From a virus: a DNA stretch of 56,024 bases. The notes under the pieces were generated by a model. It saw only the letters and a program-made list of their open reading frames with translations. It was not told the DNA's origin and made no database searches. Below, piece by piece: positions 7,022 to 14,065 of the stretch (the stretch's first letter is position 1; every line of letters begins with the position of its first letter). The stretch covers positions 1-56,024 of the IMG/VR virus record IMGVR_UViG_3300027904_000003; one strand, written 5' to 3'. A program made the translations under genes and the position numbers.

Positions 7022-7514
7022 ACTTTTTTACCACCTTTATATTTGGAATTGGTTCTGGTATTTCGTACTTGATAGCTAAGTTATCTATACTAGCTTTGTC
7101 CAGTAGTTCTACAACTTTCTTTGGAGATACGCGCTTAGGTCCTTTCTCAAATAGCTTGGCTCTATCTGCTGGCGCTAATGGGCCTGTAATCCTGTCTACC
7201 CACACGGTATTTTCTTCATCTACAAGCGGCATTGTTGCTGCTAACTCTATTGCATCTACCATGAGTTTTACAACTTCTTGTGCGGGTTGTAGCCACTTTG
7301 TACACGTCTTATCCATGTTGTACATTAGCGGTATTGATATATGCTGTTTATATGCTGGTATCCACTTACTCTTTTTGTATCTGTATTCAAACAAGCTTAA
7401 CATTATATAACGAAATCCGTCACGCGTTGCCGCGGCTACTCTTATAGTATAGCTTCGATTTTTCCGTACGCTACCAAGTACCTTATGATTATCCCATATT
7501 CGTTTTAAAGCCAT
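7011..7514 (-). CDS. hypothetical protein (167 aa); possibly a PC4/YdbC-like ssDNA-binding fold
   Basis: ORF next to the polymerase gene. The segment YTIRVAAATRDGFRYIMLSLFEYRYKKSKWIPAYKQHISIPL resembles PC4-type beta-sheet motifs (weak). Confidence 0.55.
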   Translation of the reverse strand: MALKRIWDNHKVLGSVRKNRSYTIRVAAATRDGFRYIMLSLFEYRYKKSKWIPAYKQHISIPLMYNMDKTCTKWLQPAQEVVKLMVDAIELAATMPLVDEENTVWVDRITGPLAPADRAKLFEKGPKRVSPKKVVELLDKASIDNLAIKYEIPEPIPNIKVVKKYES

Positions 7515-7520
7515 ATTATA

Positions 7521-9515
7521 TCACTCCTTATAGATATTAAAGACGTTACCGTTAAAGACATCATATTGTAGGTACGCCTTGTCCTTGGGTTCTTGGAAGT
7601 CTAACGTTGAGACTTCTTCTTTCTTACCCCAATGTGGTAAACCTTTTGCTACGCCAGCTGTTATTTTGCATCTAAAAGAGGTAAAGTCTGATAAGAGCCA
7701 CCGCAGCACAGGAATGTGGTCATGTTCATCCTTATGCACCATTAGTACAACTTCATCATGTACTATATTGATTAGCTTAGTCTTTAGACCATGATAAGAA
7801 ATATACTTAAACATATCTACAAGCTTGTGTTTAATGTAGTCTGCAGCACATCCTTGTATCAGAGCATTAGGAGCTTTGTAGCTATCATGCCTAGCTAAGC
7901 GACGCCTCCTACCGTAGAAGTTTTTAACGAACGCACGCATCTTGATAACTTCATGTACAGTAGCTATGAAAGGACGAGCTTCAGGTATCTGTGCGAAGTA
8001 GTTATTTTTAAAAGCTATAGTCTCTGTCATAGACATCTTAAGCATTGTTGCGGTGTGCTCATTACCTTGACCGTATATTAGCGCAAAGTTAGTTGTTTTA
8101 GCTTTAGCACGCTCTTCATCTGTGACATCTTTGATATCTTTATGGAATAGAATCGCCGCCGTGGCACTATGAATATCAAAATTGTTATTGATAGCCTCAA
8201 GCAAGCCTTTAGCTTGTGCATAATGAGCAAATAGCCTATATTCAATTTGGTCAAGGTCCATAAACCACAGACTATAATCATTATCAGGGATAAAACAACT
8301 TCTTATACGCGTATCAGTTTTAGGCAACGTTTGTAGAGCAGGCTTCGTTATAGACATTCTACCTGTTGTAGCTTCAGTTTGATTTATTGAGCTATGTACA
8401 CAATACTCAGCATCACGTTGACTATAAATACCGTTAGCATACGTTCCTAATAGTTTAAAGTTCTTTTTATACTCGAGAATCTTATTGACAATAGATATAT
8501 TATAACATTCTGCTAATGTGCCTAATACATCCTTATCAAGACAAGGATTACCTTTTTCAGTTTTAGGGATAATAGTAGAGTTTACGCCTAAATCTGTTAG
8601 GACTTTAAATAACTGCTGCGTTGAGTTCATATTAAACATTACACCAGCTTCAGCATAAACAGCTTCCTCTGCTTCATCGCATAACTTCTGAAGGGTAGTC
8701 TTTAAATCCATTTCATAAGTAGAGTCTATCTTCATTCCATAGCGCTCCATAGCATACAGGGCTACCATCAGCTCACATTCGTTTAAGTACAGTGCCTCAA
8801 GGTCGTCTTGCTTAAGCTTAGGATAGTCGTTCATGAATAGGTAATAACAGTTCTGAACATCTGCGTTAGCATAGGTGCTTAACAGTTGCTTGGGTATCTC
8901 GCGATAGTCATGAACCCTATTGATTTGCTTGTAGTTATCTACCATGTACTCAAATTTTGTTACACCCTTGCTAAGTTTCCTTGCTACATCAAGTAATGTA
9001 TAAGTACCACGGTTTTCATCTACTAACTTTGCTAGTACTACAGTATCATGCAAACGGCCCTTAATAGATAAACCGGCGTTAGCAAACATGTGCATATCAA
9101 ACTTTGTGTTATGCGCTATCTTGTCGATTGTTGGGTCTTCGAATAATGGCGCTAGCTGCTTGAATTTAGCGAAGTTATTTTCGAGACTGTCATAGATAGC
9201 ATAAGCATTAGTCCCATCGAAGATAGATATTTCAAATGGGTAATCCTGTGGTATAGCTGTCTTACCCGACCCGACCCAGCGCCTTACTACCGTTTTTGGT
9301 ACTAAGTGGGAAGAAGTATAATGTGGATGTGTTTCAGTATCAAATACTATATACTTTCTTCCATCAAGTTCAAATGGTTTGACTAACTTGAGTAGTGTCT
9401 TAGGGTCGGCTATCTCATAGAAGTTTTCTACTATATGGTCTTTAAACATCTCTTCGTTATAGACGAAGCCTAAACCGTTTTGTATGATAGGCCGTTTCTT
9501 TGCTTGGATTGGCAT
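7521..9515 (-). CDS. polA: family A DNA polymerase (Pol I-like) with 3'-5' exonuclease domain
   Basis: Motif A DLDQIEYRLFAHY, motif B RAKAKTTNFALIYGQG, motif C IVHDEV, N-terminal exo motif FDTET. RBS AAGGAGGAAAAG. Confidence 0.92.
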   Translation of the reverse strand: MPIQAKKRPIIQNGLGFVYNEEMFKDHIVENFYEIADPKTLLKLVKPFELDGRKYIVFDTETHPHYTSSHLVPKTVVRRWVGSGKTAIPQDYPFEISIFDGTNAYAIYDSLENNFAKFKQLAPLFEDPTIDKIAHNTKFDMHMFANAGLSIKGRLHDTVVLAKLVDENRGTYTLLDVARKLSKGVTKFEYMVDNYKQINRVHDYREIPKQLLSTYANADVQNCYYLFMNDYPKLKQDDLEALYLNECELMVALYAMERYGMKIDSTYEMDLKTTLQKLCDEAEEAVYAEAGVMFNMNSTQQLFKVLTDLGVNSTIIPKTEKGNPCLDKDVLGTLAECYNISIVNKILEYKKNFKLLGTYANGIYSQRDAEYCVHSSINQTEATTGRMSITKPALQTLPKTDTRIRSCFIPDNDYSLWFMDLDQIEYRLFAHYAQAKGLLEAINNNFDIHSATAAILFHKDIKDVTDEERAKAKTTNFALIYGQGNEHTATMLKMSMTETIAFKNNYFAQIPEARPFIATVHEVIKMRAFVKNFYGRRRRLARHDSYKAPNALIQGCAADYIKHKLVDMFKYISYHGLKTKLINIVHDEVVLMVHKDEHDHIPVLRWLLSDFTSFRCKITAGVAKGLPHWGKKEEVSTLDFQEPKDKAYLQYDVFNGNVFNIYKE

Positions 9516-9527
9516 TTCTTTTCCTCC

Positions 9528-9614
9528 TTATTTACATGGTGAGTGACCACAGTTAAGACAGATAAAGCATCCGCCTGATGGCACCATCTTTTCATCGCAT
9601 ATAGGGCATGTCAT
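9528..9614 (-). CDS. mini zinc-ribbon protein (28 aa), not in the ORF track
   Basis: MTCPICDEKMVPSGGCFICLNCGHSPCK. RBS GAGGTGA 4 nt before the ATG. ATGA overlap with 9611..9847. Confidence 0.5.
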   Translation of the reverse strand: MTCPICDEKMVPSGGCFICLNCGHSPCK

Positions 9615-9847
9615 TTTATCACCTCATAACTATACCGAATATAACGCGGGTTAAACGCTTTAGTAGGTGTGCGCCTTATTTTACCTAATTCTATAAGGTC
9701 TTCAAGCACAAAGCGTACTCTATTTTGATTAAGCTTTGCAGTCTCAGCTATTTTACTAACTGCTACAGTTTTGCCTTCGTGTGTTTTAACAGCATCTAAT
9801 ACTGTACACTGTTCTTCTGCAGTTGTTTCAATTCTGATTGTTGCCAT
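9611..9847 (-). CDS. winged-helix DNA-binding protein (78 aa)
   Basis: VSKIAETAKLNQNRVRFVLEDLIELGKIRR is a typical wHTH recognition-helix and wing pattern. Confidence 0.6.
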   Translation of the reverse strand: MATIRIETTAEEQCTVLDAVKTHEGKTVAVSKIAETAKLNQNRVRFVLEDLIELGKIRRTPTKAFNPRYIRYSYEVIK

Positions 9848-9959
9848 TTTCCTTCCTTCCTTTCATAAATAAGTAAAGTTGAATGATAGCTACAAGTAAT
9901 ATAAAGAAGCTAAAGTTTCCCAGTAGAGCTTCTGTTATAATATTTTTAAAAAACGTCAT
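9828..9959 (-). CDS. small membrane protein (43 aa), not in the ORF track
   Basis: GGAGGA then 5 nt then ATG. Hydrophobic core LLGNFSFFILLVAIIQLYLF. Overlaps the next start by 20 nt. Confidence 0.5.
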   Translation of the reverse strand: MTFFKNIITEALLGNFSFFILLVAIIQLYLFMKGRKENGNNQN

Positions 9960-9977
9960 TTATATCCTCCGTTACAC

Positions 9978-10025
9978 GTTCGTAATTAATCGACTATATA
10001 AAAACATATTAATTTAATTACGAAC
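9978..10025. promoter_or_regulatory. 12-bp inverted repeat GTTCGTAATTAA-N24-TTAATTACGAAC (candidate operator)
   Basis: Perfect arms at 9978-9989 and 10014-10025, in the gap upstream of the small-TM and wHTH genes. Confidence 0.5.
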
Positions 10026-10040
10026 TTGTTTAATGTAAAT

Positions 10041-10550
10041 TTACTTTATAATCATTCGACTTTTTAAATACTTTGTAATTATTTTAATATTTCCGTAAGC
10101 AGTTTGCCCTCTGTCATTATTTGTTTTGAATTTATGGTGCAAGTACCTAAATGGATTATGCTGAATACGTAGGTCTGTAGCGCATAATTCACAAGCAGGT
10201 ATTATATTCCATGGAGTATATTTACCACCATCCTCAAAACGAATAAAGAACTTTCGTACATCTATTTCTTGCTCTGTGCAGAGTGCACATTTATTAAAAT
10301 AATTACAGGCTTCTAACCAGTCCTCTTCAGTTAAAATTTGCATTGGTTGCTTATTACAGAGGGCTAGCCAATCATCAAGTTCTTGCTGTCGTTTCTGAGA
10401 GTGTTCTGCTGTGTTGTATCTCACCCAAGCATTTTCGCGTGCACGCAAAGCATCCTCAGAATAGTGCACTGCACGCTTTCCACATATAGGACAAGTAGAC
10501 CTCATAACTGGGTATTCCCAAGTACAGCGTTTACAAATCGTCGTATACAT
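10041..10550 (-). CDS. Cys-rich protein with N-terminal zinc ribbon and C-terminal HNH-like CxxC pairs (169 aa)
   Basis: CKRC-x11-CPIC; CALC...NIIPACELC. Confidence 0.6.
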   Translation of the reverse strand: MYTTICKRCTWEYPVMRSTCPICGKRAVHYSEDALRARENAWVRYNTAEHSQKRQQELDDWLALCNKQPMQILTEEDWLEACNYFNKCALCTEQEIDVRKFFIRFEDGGKYTPWNIIPACELCATDLRIQHNPFRYLHHKFKTNNDRGQTAYGNIKIITKYLKSRMIIK

Positions 10551-10992
10551 ACTTTACCACCGGTACATGATGTGGGACATGCATTAGCCTATTATATTCT
10601 TCACATATGCGCTTAAATATCGCCTCATCTTTTATATACTCTTCTCCACGTAGTTGGCATCTGCGCCATAACTCTTGCCACGGCGCCGTGCAATAAATTA
10701 GTATGCCGCCTTGCTGCGCTACCTTCCTTTCAAGCTCATACATTATAGGATAAGTTATAGGAGTCTCACCACGCATTACAGGCCCGTAGACCATATCGCT
10801 ATACCAAGCTCTGTCGAAGATTATATTCTTTGCAGACTTTAAATCTTGTAGATAAGTTCCAACCATTAAAGTCTTTTCTTCTTCAGTTCTTGGATAAGAT
10901 TTGCATATTAGCTTATACCCAGTTTGAGCCTCTAATTTTTTAGCAAGCATAGATTTACCAGCACCATCAGGACCTTCAAGAATTAGTACCAT
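10531..10992 (-). CDS. tmk: thymidylate (dNMP) kinase-like P-loop kinase
   Basis: LEGPDGAGKS P-loop and the FDRAWYSDMVYG (DRxxxS..Y) motif. Confidence 0.7.
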   Translation of the reverse strand: MVLILEGPDGAGKSMLAKKLEAQTGYKLICKSYPRTEEEKTLMVGTYLQDLKSAKNIIFDRAWYSDMVYGPVMRGETPITYPIMYELERKVAQQGGILIYCTAPWQELWRRCQLRGEEYIKDEAIFKRICEEYNRLMHVPHHVPVVKYVYDDL

Positions 10993-11182
10993 TAAATAGC
11001 ACCTCCATACCTATTGCACAATTAGGGCAGTAATTAAACCAATCATCACCATAGCGTTTAGTTAACCAGCCCTTTTCATCTGCATCATATTTAACATCAT
11101 AGAATGACTCGCCTTCTAATTGCTCGCTACCGCAGCTATCGCATATACATATAAATGCACCTTTACCAATTGATTCAATCAT
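10976..11182 (-). CDS. small zinc-ribbon protein (68 aa)
   Basis: CICDSC...CPNC. Confidence 0.6.
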   Translation of the reverse strand: MIESIGKGAFICICDSCGSEQLEGESFYDVKYDADEKGWLTKRYGDDWFNYCPNCAIGMEVLFNGTNS

Positions 11183-11960
11183 AAAGTAACGACCACCTTT
11201 CTTTTAATATGCTTGCTGGGCTGCTGTCCATAAAAGAATTTGTACAGCTCAGTGAGCCTTCTCTACATTTACCATATAAACAATCAGGACCAGCGTAAGC
11301 GAATTGCTCCTCACCATCTGCTGTATTAAGCAGCTCTTCCCAAATACGTAATGCTACAAACTGAGTCTCATTAGTATTTCTATTGCAAGACCGTGTTCTT
11401 ATAAAGTGCAGCCAAGACTCATGATTACCTTGAACTATCAAAATATTAGCTAAGCCCTGCGGCGCTATATAACCGGCTGTATCATTGTCTGTTACGTCTG
11501 CAAGTACCTTGTAATTATTCATAGCTGCTTCACAAGCATTAAGGTAGCTAAGCTCAAATATAGGACCCATAGCATTCTTAGCGTCTGTTTCTAATATAGC
11601 ATAAGGAACTACAAACTGAGCTTTATCAGAATAGTCACTGTATTGTAGAGACGCTGAGACGAATGTCATACCAACTTGATGTGTACGAGCTTGTGCTAAG
11701 AAGCGCCGCGATGCTCCAACAATCGCTACTGTAATAGGTGAGAAGCGCTTAATTGTAGAATGAGGTAATTGTAGAACTCTATCTGCACCAGGCGTAGTAC
11801 CATCCGGTCTTTTAATAGACACAGTAGTGTCATATAGCATTAATAACTCATTCATGCTTTTAATATTATGTCCGCGCTGCGTTAATTTTGCTAGAAACAT
11901 CATCATGCCTGAGGGGCAGTAGTGCCCCTCATGTAATACCTTTATCTCAATATTACGCAT
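11175..11960 (-). CDS. thyX: ThyX-family (flavin-dependent thymidylate synthase-like) protein with a divergent signature motif
   Basis: Alignable by eye to ThyX: H-S-T..K-R...SRRF..., NHESWLHFIRTRSCNRNTNETQ (compare N.RSL.NFL.LR....AQWEI). The canonical RHRxxSxxxxSxRY reads RTHQVGMTFVSASLQY. Confidence 0.6.
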   Translation of the reverse strand: MRNIEIKVLHEGHYCPSGMMMFLAKLTQRGHNIKSMNELLMLYDTTVSIKRPDGTTPGADRVLQLPHSTIKRFSPITVAIVGASRRFLAQARTHQVGMTFVSASLQYSDYSDKAQFVVPYAILETDAKNAMGPIFELSYLNACEAAMNNYKVLADVTDNDTAGYIAPQGLANILIVQGNHESWLHFIRTRSCNRNTNETQFVALRIWEELLNTADGEEQFAYAGPDCLYGKCREGSLSCTNSFMDSSPASILKERWSLLYD

Positions 11961-12186
11961 CTAAACTACCTCCAAGAACTTCATTGATTTCTGCTTGTTC
12001 GTCTTCACTAAGATTGCTCAGTAATTCCTGGAATACTCTCATGCAAAGCTGCATCGCCATACCCACTGTCAGTGCATCAGCATTGTAGTATATATGAGCA
12101 TCGCCGCTTTCTTCAGGAATAATAGCTACATAACTCTCGCTGCTAATTATTTCACCGTCTCGTTCTATTGTACACATCTGTTTCAC
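11953..12186 (-). CDS. hypothetical protein (77 aa)
   Basis: ORF coupled to its neighbours by short overlaps. Confidence 0.6.
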   Translation of the reverse strand: MKQMCTIERDGEIISSESYVAIIPEESGDAHIYYNADALTVGMAMQLCMRVFQELLSNLSEDEQAEINEVLGGSLDA

Positions 12187-12590
12187 CTCCCTGTTGATGC
12201 AAACGCCCCAGCGCCGCGTTGTCGAATATCTTCTGTTACAAAGTCCGCAAGTATAACTGGGGTTATAACAAGTTGACCAACTCTATCTCCAATATCTATA
12301 ACGAACGGCGTTGTAGATATATTAGATACTATTGCATGAATTTCACCGCGGTAGCCTGAATCGATAGGAGGTAATTCACATACAATTCCCTTAGTGGCTA
12401 AGCCACTACGCGGATATATACAACCCATAAAACCATCAGGTAATTCAAGGCCAAAGCCTAATGGAATTGCTTCTGTTGTATTAGGTTTTACTAACTTTTG
12501 TATGGGTGAATATATGTCTGCCCCTGCGTCATTCTCATGCGCTCGATAAGGAGCTTGCTTATAACCAAAATCTATTAGTTTTATTTTCAT
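12183..12590 (-). CDS. dut: dUTPase (trimeric type)
   Basis: AGADIYSP, RSGLATKG, IDSGYRGEI. Start moved to the ATG behind AGGAGGAG (MKIKLIDF). Confidence 0.9.
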   Translation of the reverse strand: MKIKLIDFGYKQAPYRAHENDAGADIYSPIQKLVKPNTTEAIPLGFGLELPDGFMGCIYPRSGLATKGIVCELPPIDSGYRGEIHAIVSNISTTPFVIDIGDRVGQLVITPVILADFVTEDIRQRGAGAFASTGR

Positions 12591-12784
12591 TGGTCTCCTC
12601 CTAAGTTGTAGCGCATCGGCCAAGTTTTCTTTCTATGCGTTCCTCTAAATTTATTTAATACTCGTTGAAACGCACCTCTAAGCTTGCATTGATAAGAACT
12701 CCAAGCTTCATTAACAAATTTTGATGCTTTGACTTTTTGCTTAAAAGCTTGCATTCTCATACGGTACCGTCTTAATCTTCTCAA
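12587..12784 (-). CDS. small highly basic protein (65 aa), TTG start
   Basis: ORF bridging exo and dut with 4-nt overlaps at both ends. Confidence 0.45.
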   Translation of the reverse strand: MRRLRRYRMRMQAFKQKVKASKFVNEAWSSYQCKLRGAFQRVLNKFRGTHRKKTWPMRYNLGGDQ

Positions 12785-13779
12785 TCTAACTTCACTCCTT
12801 TCACTGTCATAACTCTAAAGTCTATTTGCTTAAGACAAGCTTCGTATACGTCAGGAAAAGTTGTCTTAAGTACTGTAGAGTCTACACGCTTTTGGCTCCG
12901 CGGCGACCATTTAACCACATAGTCCTTAGTATAGCCTATTTCAGTATCTTGTAGCTTATCCTTGATTTTATTCTGAGCTTCCTCAAGGATATACTCAAGC
13001 TCTTTAATTTTGGCCTTTGTAGTGAAGATAGTCTCTACAATATCGTTTGTTACGTCATCTTCAAAAACTATCTCAGAGTTCTTAACAGCATTTTTGTAGA
13101 TACCGTTTACAAAATCTGTATCAGTTGCTTGCACCTCAGGCTCTTTAAGAGCTAGTACATGGTCAAACCAGAAAGCCTTAGCCGCTGGTATTATAGTTTC
13201 TTCAAGAAGCTTATCATCTCTGAAGACTTCGTAATGATAAAACTTATTACCACCTACTAAGCAGGCAAATGCACCCTTCTCAAGGCCCAGCACCCATAGG
13301 TACCATTGTAGTTGGTACATGTATGTTAGTAGAATTTCGCCTTCGTTCCATTCATCTTTCATGTATTCGCTTGTTGTCTTACATTCAAGAATGCCTATAG
13401 GATTTCCATCGTTATCTACTATGAGTCTATCGATATTTGCTAAGGCCCAGTCATGGTCTTTGTGTACTAATGATGCACTGATTGTTACAAGATTAGCCCC
13501 TGTGCGTCTCGCATACTCGCTTGCTACTACAGGCTCCAGTAAATGCCCGAAGTACATGCGCTCTTTAGAAGCAGGGTTTGGCTCTAGTGCTTCTTGATAT
13601 TGACCTGTTTTGCTAAAGTATACTTGCCGTGCTGAGGTGAACGGGCTCACACCAAGTATAGGTCCTATATCAGACCCTCCAATACCGCGAGACCGCGCCG
13701 CGAGCCATTCTTTTTCATTCGACTCTTGCCTTGATGTGTCGTGTATACGACAGTTTGTTAGTTTTTTAATTGCTTCCAT
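12781..13779 (-). CDS. YqaJ-type (lambda Exo-like) recombination exonuclease
   Basis: GIGGSDIGPILGVSPF signature and a PD-(D/E)xK-like DRLIV...ILECKT. Confidence 0.85.
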   Translation of the reverse strand: MEAIKKLTNCRIHDTSRQESNEKEWLAARSRGIGGSDIGPILGVSPFTSARQVYFSKTGQYQEALEPNPASKERMYFGHLLEPVVASEYARRTGANLVTISASLVHKDHDWALANIDRLIVDNDGNPIGILECKTTSEYMKDEWNEGEILLTYMYQLQWYLWVLGLEKGAFACLVGGNKFYHYEVFRDDKLLEETIIPAAKAFWFDHVLALKEPEVQATDTDFVNGIYKNAVKNSEIVFEDDVTNDIVETIFTTKAKIKELEYILEEAQNKIKDKLQDTEIGYTKDYVVKWSPRSQKRVDSTVLKTTFPDVYEACLKQIDFRVMTVKGVKLD

Positions 13780-14065
13780 GTCGACTCTCCTTTAATTTTG
13801 AATTACCGCCTATATAATAGCGGGCGTTTCCAAGCGTTACAAACGTCTCTTTGCTTCTATAAAAGCCTTCAATAATTACTTTTATAAGAAATTTATTAGC
13901 ATACATATGGATTATACTTTCAGAAAGTACTTTATAATGCTCATGAAAATAGTCAATGGCTTTATCCGCTTCATGCTCAGATACTACATCAACCATAATA
14001 AGAGATGTATAGCCATCACCTATCCGCTCAATAGTCTGTTCCTGAATAGAATTGTTCTCTTGCAC
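13766..14065 (-). CDS. hypothetical protein (99 aa), GTG start
   Basis: GGAGG then 6 nt then GTG. Confidence 0.55.
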   Translation of the reverse strand: MQENNSIQEQTIERIGDGYTSLIMVDVVSEHEADKAIDYFHEHYKVLSESIIHMYANKFLIKVIIEGFYRSKETFVTLGNARYYIGGNSKLKESRHGSN

